Source: Takakia lepidozioides (lineage: Eukaryota > Plantae > Bryophyta). From it: 64,000 nt of DNA. A program made the translations under genes and the position numbers. Below the pieces are notes generated by a model, which saw only the letters and a list, made by a program, of their open reading frames with translations, did not search any database and was not told the DNA's origin. The stretch lies in assembly GCA_030704615.1 (NCBI GenBank), contig CM060732.1:30132001-30196000 (forward strand), written 5' to 3'. Below are positions 14,201 through 28,491 of the stretch, piece by piece; within the stretch, counting starts at the first letter, position 1, and every line of letters starts with the position of its first letter.

Positions 14201-16036
14201 TAGTACCCAAAGCGAGTACGATCCCAATTATTAGGCTACCTCACAAGGAACAATACCCACAATGACCAAAGAATGAGTATCTCTCGGCCTCACGACCACA
14301 AGGCTACTCCAAACTCTGTCTGTGAGGGTATCATTTCCCCCTCTTGTTGCTTTGCCCAAAGTTGCGTGGAGTGTCATCTCTTGCTTGGGCTTGAGTGTTG
14401 AGTTGTTCTGTGGTTGTACTGACTGTTTTTCCTTTGCGGTTGTGTGTTGTTCTACCATTTCATTTCCTGTCTCCCTCCTGTTGGAGCTTTCAGTGGACGT
14501 TATAGAATTTATTTCTTTCTTTCCTTATACATGCTAACAAGGTCCTTGGCCACAGGTTTTTGTGTCCATCGCCCTAATTCTTGGAGACGGGCTCTACAAT
14601 GCAGCAAAAATAACCTACATCTCTCTTAAATCTGTCTATCTCCAGCACAAAAAGGCACATCAATTGCCTTCAGTTGGAAGAGCATCCGGTAAGTATTTCC
14701 AAAAGGATATAGTATATTTTACAAAGAGTGAGGACTCTCTTATAAAATTTGGTACTTGTAAGGCAGTCCAGATGTTACAAGCTCAGATAATTCCCCAGCT
14801 GAAGGTCTTTGGCCCTCAATTGCCTCTATTGTGCTTTGTACGCAGAGATTTCTCAAGCTCTTGTGTCTGCTGACGAAAAGAAGAGGACGGAGTACTTTCT
14901 CAGGGACCAGATCCCCACTTGGGCTGCAGTTTCCAGTTATGTGGGACTAGCAGTCATAGCCACTGCGATGGTGCCCCAGATATTCTCCGAAGTGAAGTGG
15001 TACTATGTTTTAATCTCATACTGCATCGCCCCCATTTTGGCATTCTGTAACGCTTATGGTGCTGGTGTCACTGACTGGAGTATGGTGACCACTTATGGGA
15101 AAGTGGGTCTCTTCATCTTTGCATCTTGGGCTGGGTCCCATGGGGGCATCATTGCAGGACTTGGGACGGCGGGTGTCATGATGACAATTGTTCTGGCTGC
15201 CTCAGATCTAATGCAGGCAAGACTCTCTCTGATCTAGGCTTGCCAGAACGATAGCAGGTCACCTACTGACAGCGACAACTGAGCTTGCACAGTCAAATTG
15301 CTGGTTGCAGCTTATGCGTTGCTTCGAGCAGTCGCACACAGTGCATCTGATGAGTCCTTGTGTTCAATTGTCAGATTTGATGAACATCAATTTGACAAGG
15401 AAATAGAGTGCTTCTGCTCTTTGTACTCAGTGATTGGATGTCTCCACGACAATTGACAAGGAGATTATGTCTGAATTGCAGGATTTCAAGACGGGCTATC
15501 TCACTCTCTCTTCCGCACGGTCAATGTTCATTAGCCAGCTAGTGGGAACACTACTGGGGTGTTTGATTGCCCCACTTACATTCTGGCTTTTTTGGACAGC
15601 TTTTCAGATTGGAAAGCCAGATGGAGAATATAAAGCGCCCAATGCAACGATCTTCAGGGCAATGGCTATCATTGGTACACAAGGATTCTCATTTCTCCCC
15701 AAGCACTGCCTACAAATCTGTTATGGATTTTTTGTAGGTGCCATTGTGGTCAACATTGCAAGAGATATGACCCCTCGTCAGTATGCCAGATTCATCCCTA
15801 TCCCTATTGCAATGGCTTTACCCTTCTACCTTGGAACTTACTTTGCCATGGATATGGTGGTAGGCTCCATGATACTTTTCATCTGGCAAAAGCGCAATCC
15901 ACAGGAGGCTGATACCTTTGCCACAGTTGTAGCTTCAGGATTGATTTGTGGGGATGGTCTTTGGACAGTGCCATCTGCCATTCTTGCTCTCGTTGACATG
16001 AACCCACCCATTTGCATCAGCTTCCTGCCAACATGA
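11210..16036 (+). CDS. YSL: Yellow stripe-like (YSL) metal-nicotianamine transporter, OPT family. Exons 11210-11834, 12296-12465, 12859-12956, 13109-13246, 13907-14096, 14556-14688, 14846-15216, 15482-16036 (~759 aa)
   Basis: Motifs [84 protein letters not shown]. Splice phases are consistent, with one GC-AG intron at 15217. Confidence 0.93.
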
Positions 16037-17460
16037 TTACTCCCTCTCTCACACACCCACCCCCACCCCCTCATGTAGACTATACAATAGTGCCTATACA
16101 ATATGCAATGCCTGTCAATTTGTTCCTATCCATATTTCTAGCTTGCCTTCCATTGAATTTCCTCACACGACTAGTCTAGGTGGAAGTTGAAGGGGAGCAC
16201 AGGCAAATAGAAAACACAATGGAGCTACGTTTCACAGACATCTAATCCATACTCCAATGTTTCTGCAGCATTATAGATGAGGGACTGAAACGGCTTAACC
16301 TGCCAGAACATGCATAGACTTTTGAAGTCTCTATCTTCCGCTTACACGTGGAGATCGTGATTCTTGTATAGCAAGATAAGTTTAGATTACACCAATGTAA
16401 GCACTGATAGTCCTTTTCCATATTCAGTAGTACCTTAACACTTGAGCTAGTAAGAACAACAAAAATGGGTGGTAACCCCATGCATGACACAAAAAGTGAA
16501 ATATCAGAACATATTTGTGTATCAACATGTATCATAACCCTTCAAAATAAACTGTAACTGATTCAAGGGTGCCTCTCACACTGTGCCTCAAGTGCAACAA
16601 CCTAAGGGCAGGCATTTGTAAGAGGAGTGGGGGTGGAGAGGACTTACTGTGCCAGTGTGACGACCTCTACAGTGACCTACTATTGCAAATTCCCAAATTG
16701 AGTGACTTCATAACCACAACATTGTGTTGTATGTGAGGACTCCATCATTCCAATGACAGAATATTTACGATTCCAGTAGGAAGAAAACTGTTGCTGGTAT
16801 TGATCATCTAAGCTTCTACCATAGGTTCTGGACCAATGAACTCAAATGATAATGACAAGGGTGTGGCTGCAGGGTTTACTGAATTGAACAAAATACCCTT
16901 GATGACCTGCTGTCACCTTCAAGGGAAAGTTATCAGTGACACTCTTGCCACCTGCAGTACCTGCCATGCACCATAACTGATGTCTGCCTGGCAATTCTCA
17001 AGTCACTGGTTGGGATGTGATCTATTCCCATTTCTGTCTGTCATAGAAGATCAAGAGTTGCATGCTCTGGAAAGGCAGAATTTGGGGAATCACACCCTCC
17101 ACAGTTAACAGGATGGTGAAGGGGAACAACATTCACCTGTAACATCAGGCCATGGACCTGCTCAACTGTGATCTTGGAACTGTCTTGCGCAATTTTTGCA
17201 AGTTGCAACTCCACGTGCTACAGCAGAGTTAAAGCAGGGTTTCACAAAATGTGTTATAATACTGACGGACAAAACATGGGTCAACTGTTCAATACTGTGG
17301 CCCAGATCTCGCACTTAGTGAGCAAGGTTATTGCAACAACGTCAAAGAGAGAGCAGAGAGATTTTAGGCGGGTATATAATAGGGTGTGTGGAATGGTCTC
17401 AAATACCCTAGGTAGGGAGCTGGGCAACACCCCTCAATACCCCCCTTGCGCATTTGAGCA

Positions 17461-17540
17461 GGCAGCCCAGTGGTGGTTGGGTGTTTGTGCCTTGCCTGTG
17501 CATAACCTGGGTGATCCTGGGTTCAATCCTTCAACATGTG
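17461..17540 (+). mobile_element. Possible tRNA-derived SINE remnant
   Basis: A-box-like CAGCCCAGTGG (17463) and B-box-like GGTTCAATCC (~17520) at Pol III-like spacing. No cloverleaf or clear TSD seen. Confidence 0.3.
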
Positions 17541-19853
17541 CCTTCAACCGCCCATTGGGCCCTCCCTCCGTGGGCTGTGTGTTGAGCAGTAGGCTCCATA
17601 AATTCACTGGACATTAAAGAAGCTTTTATATCTTTATGTGTTTGTAAGAACCCCAGGTGAAATCAGACCGGCCTGGCATCTCTTACCATTGTTCAGGCGG
17701 TGGAATGCAAACTTAGGCGGGTCTGGGTTTATGGTATATGGTAGGGAATTAACCAATGTCGGCCCTTGGGTGGTTATTTATTCTTGTCTCTAATAACAGT
17801 TGGTTATCTACGGTTACATATATAAGTAACCGCCGGAGATGAAAAATTGAAATAACCTGTCCGGTTAGGAACCGGCAGAGTGTAGGCATACAAGTAACCA
17901 GTCCCAATAGCAACTGGCGCAGAGGTCAAAATTTTAAAAATTGATATAGACAACCGGTTGGGTGTTTTTTAAGTGGACGATTATGAAAACATATATTGGC
18001 CCTAATAACCTAAGGTTATGAGTGGCGGTTCTGAGGTGTGAGTCCTTGGCTAAATTCATGAATGAGCTTGCCAGGGCTTCATATACTATTGTACTAATGC
18101 AGGCTTGAAAATACATTTATAATTCCATATTCTTTTTTAAATATATATATATACATAACTGTTTGTATAACCTCAGTTATAGCGAAAATGAACACTAGAT
18201 TTATGGGTGGCCAAAAAACATGTCACTCTTAATCGCAACCGGCAAGTTATTAGAAAGTCAATAAATTGAAGTAACCGGCCTACAAGGTTCTTTCAATATT
18301 GAGTTCCAATGTAACCACAACCGCCTGTTCGCAAAAAATATAAATAACCACCCAACAGTGGAATTAACCCAGTAGAATTCTACATGCAATGGCTATAAGA
18401 AATGCTTAAAGGCTCACATGGTTGATCGGCACAACACTTTACGGATACCGACAACGAGTGGGAGTGCGAGACATGCATGGGACGTTGAAACTTGTTTGCA
18501 AACAACGTCCGTTTCTGAGACTCGAATGGGGTCCCATGGTATCCAGAGTCCCAAAAATCCAGTGCAGGGACCACACTGGACTTAGGAGAGATTTTGGGAC
18601 TCTCTCTCTGACACAGATTCAAATTATTAATAAACTTGCCGAGCTCATCCATCTCGGAATTGGAACCAATCAACACGGTGCTGTCCTCCACCAATACTTT
18701 GTCGTTTCAGCGCAGCTTCCGACAAATGTCTGTCCACACTCCAAAGTTGGGTGGAACGAAGTGAGATTTGTGCGGCCCGAGAAGCATGCACAGCTCAACA
18801 CAGCACAGCACCTTTTGGGGAGAAACCCATGTACTACCTAAAGTGAAGGCGATCCTTCGATGTTGATGCCCAGTAATTAGAACGTGTACATGGCATTGGG
18901 GCGATTGTACAGTGCTCTTCACATCACGATAACTCTTCTCTGATTGGGCACGACAGCAATCTAATGTACCTACTACCTAGAGCCAAACTTTCATGCACAT
19001 TTTTCAGTTGCTGTGATCGTGATCACTGCTCAGGAACTCTCACTTTTGATGAGATGCTGTTGTGGGTTTCAGTGTCATGAGTCCACGAACTGTAGAAATG
19101 TTGATGCGATCTGTACAGCCACACTTCTGGTGATTCGGAAAGTTGCACATGTTTTAGTTGTGGGAATAAGCTAAAGGGTGCATGCTCACAGTACAGCAGT
19201 TATGGCTACTTGGCGGTTACAGCTCGAGGGATGTAGTGTTTTCTCAGCTCGTTTTCTACCATGGGGGCTGGTTCCCATGGAAGGTGGGTTTGCCTAGTAT
19301 CCACGACGTTACGGCCACTGTAGCCACCAAAAGAAAAAGTGGTTAATAAGGCAGGGAGATCGAGACAACAGTGACTCGTATGAGTGAGATTCTCTGTAGG
19401 CTCTTGTGGGGCCCTTCCCATGATGTAGTTGGGTGGATCCCTCACAGCCTCATCTTTAGCGTGCTCATGGATTTGCAAGGCCGTGGGAAAAGCCAGGCTT
19501 CTAGAGACTCTGCGAAAATGGGAGCGGTGAGCTGCATCCGGTTGGACAAAGACACGTAGATCATAATGCCACGGAGTGAGTATAATAGGTGAGAGAGACT
19601 GTCTAACGGGAGTGGAAAAACTGCAAGGTCGGAACTTCAAATTTCAAACCTGAGAGAGTGGGAATCACAATTCTAGACAAATATGGAGCTCCAGATATTT
19701 GAGAGGGACTTATGGAATGGTTTAATGAGCAGTGGGGCAGACAGTCAGTGAGAACAAGAGTTAGTGAGAGCTCTAGAGAAACTCGAAAGATGTCGGCTTG
19801 AGAGAGCTAGAAAGGAGGGAGAGGAGGGGGGCAAACCGGGAAGACATAATCTG

Positions 19854-22800
19854 ATGGGACACATGGTGCCCATCGGCAGGGAGGTCCTAGCCACTACGGT
19901 TGTAATATCGACTCTTCTCCTCTTACTACATGTTGTTTCCGCCACCATAGCCAATGACCTTATAGCTCTCCTTTCTCTCAGAAGCAACTTGCAGGACAGT
20001 GAAGGTCATCTTAACCACTGGCAGGCTTCTGATACTAGCCCGTGCCACTGGACTGGTGTGACCTGCAACAGCACTGGAGGCAAAGTGATAGGCCTCAATC
20101 TTTCTGCCATGAAGTTGAATGGGTCTCTGTCGGATGACATAGCTAACCTCGCGGGTCTCACTACTCTGGATGTTGATAACAATTACCTCTCTGGGTCCCT
20201 GCCCTCAGGGATTTCGAACCTCACCCAACTGATCTCCCTCAACATCTCGTGGAACAATTTTGGCGGAGTCTTTCCAATAGGGTTCTCGCAGCTGAGCTCA
20301 TTGCAGGTGGGTGGTAGGAGCTCATACATGTGCGCATGCAGTATTTATATGTACACAGACAGTTCTACTCAAGTCTGTTGATGGGATGTCCAGCCATGAG
20401 CTGTCAATGCAGTGCAGATTTATAAAGATTATGTAGAACGGCCTGTCCCTTGAAAGAGTACATATGGACAGCACATGAGCAGAATTGACAGTCTCATATA
20501 TAGCAAGTGCTTCATTTTGGATAGCATGAGGTGTCTACATACATGTCTACATCGTTCCAGGGATCCAGCTTGCAAATAAAACAATTTCCTGAAAAGCATT
20601 GTAGTCTGCAGTCGCGCAACTGCTCCTTAAATGTGTCGAGCCATAATGCACCTATAATGGGTCTCGCTCAGAGAGCCTGGAGGCGAGAGAACGGTCGCGC
20701 GCGGTTGGGGGAGTGTCTCTTCCACCTGATGCAAATATGGCTGAAACTGAACTGGTTGTCTATCTAGATCGGTGCTCTTATTCACCTGGGCACAGGCCTT
20801 TCCGCCCAGACCGCTCCACTTGAAGGTTTGACTTTGAACAGTTAAGTCCAGGCATCTATCCAAGACATGTGCAAACAAGATTTGTCATCCTCTAGACCTT
20901 ACGAATCAGGTTTTGGGTGCAAGAAAGTTTCAAAGGATCTAGAGGTAGATACACGGTAAACACCTGAAGAGTGCTCAGTTATATTGCAAGAGGGCTTTGC
21001 AAGCTCAACCGAAATCAATGACTAGGTCAGAGAGATTAATAAAATCACCTGACACATCTACCTAGTTTGGCTGGCGCTTGAGAGATAACTTGTGTGATCT
21101 ACAGCAATTGAAACTGTAAGTCTGTGAACGCTCTGTCAGTTGAATTCAGACTGTAGTGCACCCGTGCAGGTACTGGATGCATATAACAACATGTTCCAGG
21201 GCTCGCTTCCGGAGGACATCAGCCAGCTCTCCCGTAGCCTGAAGTACCTCCATTTTGGCGGGAGCAACTTCAGTGGTGGCATCCCTTCGAGCTTTGGGGC
21301 GCTGACAAATCTCTCCTTCCTGCACCTTGGTGGAAATTCTCTATCCGGGTGCATCCCCCCCCAACTCGGAAACCTCACTAAGATCCTCCGAATGGAACTC
21401 CAGTATAATCGTTTTTATTGTGACCTCCCACCTGAGTTAGGCAACTTATCTTCGATCACTTACTTGGATATCTCCAACGCGCAGCTCACTGGTCCTATCC
21501 CTGCACAGTTAGGCCGGCTGTCTACCCTTGCAACTCTGTTCCTTGACAGAAACAATATGAGCGGAAACTTGTCCTCACAGCTAGGGGACCTCATCTCTAT
21601 CTCATCTCTGGATTTGTCCGACAACTTCTTCACAGGATCGATATTTGATGGAATCTCAAACCTGCAGAATCTGAGGTTCTTTGATGTTTCTGTCAACAAT
21701 ATGAATGGGATCATTCCCGCGGGCCTAGGGGATCTGCCCAACCTTCTCACCCTCGAACTTTGGAGCAACAGCTTCACAGGTAACTATGTCATCCAGTTTT
21801 GTACATAAGAAGATATATCATGACATTCTAGGAATGTTCAAGTTTGAGTGAGCACTGAGGGGAATTGAAAGTGAAAACTGCTCACCTGGGCCAGGGGAGG
21901 TTTAATGCGGTCAACAGATTAAATCTTGCCGGAATGATGTACGTGTGCATAAGCTCCTCCGCATGTGCTCAGGCTGAATTCATACAGCTATTGAAGTGCA
22001 TTACCAGGTCGTAGAACTATTAGTTGCATGATCTGAATGTTGACCAGCACGTACATGTGTAGAGAACAAAGCCTTTCTCTAGAGGCAGATTTATCTGGTG
22101 AGTTCACATTTAATACTTGGAGAATTATAGAGATCTATTGGTAGCTGTACTGGAGGTACCAGTACCTAGCCTGTGATGGCCACCAGGATACCTTTTCAGC
22201 TCGAAAATTGTGCATATGATGGAGCTTGGCTTTCAGAAAGGCACTACAGTTGACAGTGCACAGGTTGGTATGCTCGAAGCTGCTTGTGATATAAGCCACA
22301 TGTATTCTCATGTATGTAGTTGTGGGTCACTGGCACAGGAGAGCTTCCTCAACAGCTGGGGCGCAAGAGTAGTCTGGAATGGTTAGATGTTTCATCGAAC
22401 TTTCTCACTGGCTCCATTCCTCCATATATGTGCGAGCGGGAAAAACTCTATAGACTGCTTCTATTTGACAACCTTCTTTCAGGGCCTATACCTCTCAGCC
22501 TCGGAGCCTGCCTCAGCTTGGAAAGAGTGCGGATTGGAGGCAATCAGCTAACTGGACCTATTCCCACCGGTTTTGGACAGATGCCCAGTTTGACGTATTT
22601 GGACCTGTCTTGGAACTCTCTTAGTGGCACTATTCCTGAAGACATTGGCTCTGCATCTAAGGTAATCAGAGTTCGAATAAGGTCTTTCAATGCACGCTCG
22701 AGCTCGGTCACATTATAAGCTGTGCTCGTAGACTTCAGAAGAGTAGGAGAATATCGGCCGCCCCAAAACCACATAGGGAACTTGTGGCTGCCTGTATGAC

Positions 22801-24739
22801 TGTTGGTTTTCCAGCATTGTGTTCAATGTCTTTGATTTAAAGTGGAATGCAGTTCTGTCTGACATTAGCTCATCAGTGTGGCTAGAGGTAAATTAGGTTC
22901 CAGTGGCTAACGATCGCTCGAAATTTCAGGTACTCTTTCTGGACGTCTCCCACAATCAACTTAATGGTGGATTCCAAATGAATGCATGGAACCTCAACAA
23001 TCTCAAAATATTCTATGCATCGAACAACAAGCTCTCAGGAACCCTTCTTCCTCTGTTCGGCAACCTTTCCTCTCTCTACATTCTGGACCTGTCTGAGAAC
23101 AGCTTCACAGGCACCATCCCGGGCCCGGAGTTGGAAACATGTACGAAGCTCACTAGCTTGAATTTGAGACACAACCAGCTAACGGGAAGCATTCCACCTG
23201 CTATAGGAGGTATGCCGGGACTCAACATCCTTGATCTATCATCAAACCAGTTGAGTGGGTCACTGCCGCCGTCATTTAACAACGCAACCACTCTGGAAGT
23301 TTTCAACATCTCCTTCAATAATCTTCAAGGCCCGATACCAACGGGTGCTAACTTTGAGGTTATGAATGCCAGCTCGTTTCTGGGAAACCCCGAGCTTTGC
23401 GGGGGGCCCGGCCTAAAGACATGTGCAAAAATGGAGGCGTGGAGAAAGAAGGGAGCTCCTGCACGGAGCACTGCCTGGATTGTCGGCATCTGTTTTGCAG
23501 TAGCATGCATGTTTCTTCTTGTACTCGGTCTCCTATCATTCTTCAAACTGTACAGAAGGCATGCAAGCTGTTCTCTTGAAAGAGTAACTGAGGAGTGGCC
23601 GTGGCAGCTCACCGCATTTCAGAGGCTGGAATTCTCAGCCCATGAGATTGTGGCATGCTTGCGAGACCACAATATCATCGGCATGGGACTTGCAGGTACG
23701 GTGACCACCATTTGGCCGCCTCATCTTTTAATCGTCTCTGTTAATTGAACCAGAATACCTTGTATATAAATTATGCAGTTTCTTTGTGATGGCAGGGACG
23801 GTATACAAGGCGGAAATGGCGAGTGGTGAAACGGTGGCAGTGAAGAAGCTGTGGGCGGGCCCGAAAGCTTCCTCCTCCTTCCGCACAGACCTCGGCTTCT
23901 CGACAGAGGTCAATATGCTGGGCAATATTCGGCACCGCAACATCGTCAAACTTCTCGGGTTCTGCTCAAACACCCACACCAATCTCCTCGTCTACGAGTA
24001 CATGCCCAACGGGAGCTTGGGTCAAATCCTGCACAGGCCGAGGGAGTTGGAGAACGTCGGGGAGAACATTCTTGCGGACTGGCAGACGCGGTATAACATC
24101 GGGCTGGGCGTGGCACAGGGCCTTTGTTATTTACACCATGACTGCAGCCCCCCCATCGTGCACAGAGATGTGAAGAGCAACAACATTTTGCTTGACTCGC
24201 GTATAGAGGCGAGGGTGGCGGACTTTGGCCTGGCTAAGCTCTTCCACATTGACGACTCTATGTCTCTCGTGGCAGGCTCTTATGGGTACATTGCCCCAGG
24301 TGAGTCACCCAAAGGAGAAGAATAGATCATCTCACTGGTCACAGTTTGTTGTTTGCCTGCAGAGTTTTCTGATCCTTTTATATCATGTCCAGAGTATGCG
24401 TACACACTCAAAGTGGATGAGAAGAGCGACATATACAGCTTTGGCGTGGTGTTGCTGGAGCTGCTGACGGGACGGCAGCCCAGCGACCCCGAAGTCGGAG
24501 ACTCAGATGGTAACATTGTGCAATGGGTTAGCAGAAAGATTCAGACAAAAGGTGGCATTGCTCAAGTCTTGGACTCAAATGTGGGAGCCGGATGCCCCTC
24601 TGTTCAAGAGGAAATGATTCTGGTCTTGAGGATCGCTTTGCTTTGTTCCAGCAGAAGCCCTAGGGATCGTCCCTCCATGAGAGACGTTGTTACTATGCTC
24701 TTGGAGGCAGAGCCTCGCAGGAAAGTGATTTTCAAATAG
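19854..24739 (+). CDS. TDR: LRR receptor-like kinase, subclass XI, TDR/PXY-like. Exons 19854-20306, 21170-21779, 22339-22661, 22930-23695, 23796-24299, 24393-24739 (~1000 aa)
   Basis: Signal peptide, LRRNT cap (PCHWTGVTC), plant LRRs, TM helix, [11 protein letters not shown], and an RD kinase ([24 protein letters not shown]). The tail [41 protein letters not shown] is typical of the PXY/TDR clade. All introns are GT-AG and in phase. Exact orthology is inferred. Confidence 0.88.
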
Positions 24740-27700
24740 CAGGTCAAGATCAGTCTGATCTCATAGTTCTCCAAGGTGGAAGTTTCCGCTCAATGCAGAA
24801 GCAAACCTAGTGAACTGAGAGTAAACCTAAGATCCACTGAGAGGCTCAGAGTATCCATCCACGATCTAAAAAGGTTTAGCTTCGGCTCAAGATTAGAACG
24901 ATTTGCAAGCCGAAAGTTGACAGTTACACAGTACAAATCATACCCAGAAGCCACCCTTGACAGAATGGGACGTACTAGTGAGCATCAAACTTGGGTTAAA
25001 CCTGAGACACTTCAAATGAGAGGCACGTTTGCTGGCTGCATCAAGCATCACCGAGCTGCTCACCATGTCTATGTCTCTCTCTCTATCTACACTCCCTATC
25101 TCAACGGCTGCGGAGGGGCAGGGCTTGAAGGGGAAGACATATTTCTTTCTGTGGGGCTATTGTGTCTATCTCATTCTCTGTCCCGTACAAAAATTGTACA
25201 TACCAACTGTATGAAATGCTAAGTCATAACTCATATGTATATATATGAAGGGAGAAGACTCCAGGTGGCCCTATCATGTAAAGCCATTGCTCCCTATGGG
25301 TGGGCTCTATAGAGGGGTTTTTTAAGTTCTATTAGTACAATACAAAACCTCAGCATGAGGGGTTTGTTGGGTTTAATTTAATCCACCACCGAGAACCCTA
25401 GATGCTTAACGGACAAGATGAATGAGTTCCACCTTGTGATGCATCCTAAACCCAAATGCACTTCACTAAGACTACACTTGTTTCCCAAGACAAGTCCAAT
25501 CATCAAGTATAGACCAGTCCTTGTCTTTGTATCATGTGACATGTCTTGTAGCAATAGCACTTGTATTGAAATGCTCCACTCGTCAGGGTAGGGACTACGC
25601 ATCAAGTTGGCCAAAGTGCCCTTCTGAAGAGTCAAACCGACCCATTTTGGGTTGGTTAGGTTTCTTTAACCATCCAGTTCTTACTGGGGTTAACTCTGAT
25701 TTGAGTCAAATTAGGCTCATTCCGCAGGAAAGAAACTCTTACACACAATGGCATTGGCCAATCTTCAAAAAAGAAATATATACAATTTGGGGCTAACTCA
25801 GCTTTTTTGACATATTTTTGCTGAACTTGCCCAAGTTGCTTACATGGCAACCACGGTCAGGTTAGGAAAAGGGTTTTCACATCTAAGATCGGCGGGCCCA
25901 CACAAATCCCGATGCCCCATGAATGTGCAGCAGCCTGCATGGCAGCCAATGAGTGGTGAAACGGTCTCAAAACCCGCTAGGTACAAGGGCTAGAGTAGGA
26001 AATACCGAAGGGCTGCAGGCCAAAATATAGGTTGGGCTGGGAATTACCGGGCAGGGCCCAAAAATAGCCTAAAACATTTCCCAATTGGATTGAATTTTTT
26101 TCTACAACAACATTTGCATGCAATGATGACATGGACTAGAGCGATTGAGAATTGGACGGTAGATGTGTCCTATGTAATTTTTGAAGCTGAAATTTTGGTC
26201 TGCCCGCTTCAAATTGGGTTTTGAGACCCCCCCAATTTGTGAGTACAAAGCAGCCCACACGAAAACAAGTCAGAGAAAAAGGAAAATTTCAGGAAGGTGT
26301 GGCATCAAGTGAGGTACGCAATTCCCAAGACTCTCATATCATGCAAGGAAAACATTGCCCAAATTTGGTAAATTTCTTGATTTTTTATGCTCTTCATTTT
26401 TAGTAAGGATTCTCTTTGGGGCACATCTGCATATTATAATCTTCTAATTTGGCAATTGGATAAGGCTACAATTTTTTGAGGTCATTGTTTGGGTAGATGG
26501 GCAGTAAATTCTTTTACATGGACTTAGAAACCTGGGAGATAGAAAGATTTAGTGGGCCAAGGTCCTTTTTTCACATAATGTCGTGAAAATGGGCCTGGAC
26601 ACTTAAGGGTTAGCCTTATATCACGGGTTGTTCCCATGAGACTTAATGGGAACATGAAAGCTTTTAGTTCCCAGTTGGGCACATGTTACTATCTCTTACC
26701 TACATAAATGGCAGGGCCTACGCATGTGCCAAGTCTTGTTTACTTTTTGGGGAAAAGCTATATTTTTCCTTGAAGCAATGCCTTCCTTTATCAACATCTA
26801 TGGCACTTCCTTCATAGGTTTTTTTTTCAACTCTTGGGACCATTTTTGTCCCCATTTTCTAAATTTAAAAAAAATTCCCTTCAAATAATTCAAATAAAGT
26901 TCTGAGGCTTCACCCCACCAAAAAAAAAAAAAAAAAAACTAAGCTATAGTCTTTAACTGGATAAATTGTCGGTGATGTGATGGTTAGCATAGTGTCGGAT
27001 ACATTCATCTATTATTTGTACTTTATAACTTTTATCACATAAAATAACCTAACATCCTACATTAGCTAATAGAGAGCTGCGCAACATTATACACCATCAT
27101 ATATCATAGTTTATTCCATAGTTACTTACTTGGGGGGCTTGGGACGGTGGGACCCTTCTAGAAGAGGGCACATGTGAGACCCTAATTAGGCCTACTCCCA
27201 CCACTTGACACTTGTACCCTAACTACCCTAATTGGCCTAAACCATCCCCTATTTAATAGGTATCACCTTTTTGCCTTCTTTTTTGGACCCCTTCATTTCT
27301 TCAAATCCCTCTACATATGCCTTATTATATAACCCCCCACTCTAATTCCTGGACCACTCTAGAATGAACAGGGCCCACACAAACTTGGGGGGCTTATAGT
27401 GCCTCACTAGATGTTATCCTCTCCACAACCCACCTCTTCCACATTACAAATGTGCAATATCAAACTTAGTATCAATTATATCAAAACCTTGTCGTGCACC
27501 TAAGCATCGTGCCACAATATACATCGCTGTCCACCATACATTCTAAGCACACAATCCTAGAAAGCTATGCCACAATGATAATGAAAGTGAACACAACGGA
27601 AACACTTCACTCTTGAATCCACTCAATCACATAAACTAAGTCAAGCCAAGGGCACCCTTGCTAAGGGAATCCACTATACAAAGCCCTCAACACACTCCCT

Positions 27701-27763
27701 CTCAATACCTAGAGCTATGGAGGTGAGAGATGTTCATGGAGGCTCAACTACAGGGAGATGAGC

Positions 27764-28491
27764 TGTCGCGCACCTCACTTCGGTAAGCTCCCCCTCAAGT
27801 CATAGTTACTCGCTTTGATGCGCGCGCCTGACTCCCAACCTGGCCGCCGAGCCAACTTGGAGCTTCGGCTGCTCACCGGGGCATAACGGTCCCCCTTTGT
27901 TCTCCCAAAGAACCCTCCACTGATTTGGAACCAGCGGGAATTCCCTTTGGTAGTTGGCAGTCCGGAACAGCTCCCCACTCTTTGGTCGCTTTCCGGCTCG
28001 CTCGCTTACTCACTGGTTTTTGGTCACCAACGGGCTTGCACCGTTCTCGGGGTTACTACTCCCTATTTATATTTCTGTAGCTGTCCGCGGGGGTTTCACA
28101 ACCAGCCATGCCATTTTATGGCGAACCACCACGAAAACCCTCGACTCCCGGTGATGAGTTGCGGTGAGTCTTGGCCCACTCACCACGGCCCCTATGGACC
28201 GTGATGAGTCCCAAGACTCCTCACGACTCCCACCACGAGGTCTCCGCCCCCATGGTGAGTCCTATGCCACCCCCACTAAGTCCCGCTAAGCTACCACCAC
28301 CCCTTGTGGAGCCACCCCCTCCGCAACCCGGTGTGCGGGGCTCCACCTAGTGAGCGCCTCCGCCTCTTTGAGTGCCTTGGGCACTCAAGGGTGCTTCAGC
28401 CCCCCCATATTTATCGCTGCCGCTGCCCCCACCACAGGGACAGCCCCTCATGTGTCCCGACCCCCTGCCCTCAAGGCAAAGGGCCGCGACA
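27764..28491 (-). repeat. 3' LTR of the chromovirus
   Basis: Direct repeat of 34005-34731, with roughly 13 substitutions and 1 indel counted by eye. Confidence 0.95.

Noticed and set aside
18380-18922. Possible gene fragment between YSL and the RLK
   Set aside because: No recognisable domain in any frame and no consistent splice model.
25300-27480. Possible DNA transposon or Helitron (TATAGTG and CACTAG near 27400, poly-A at 26920)
   Set aside because: Could not find a matching second terminus, TSD or coding remnant.
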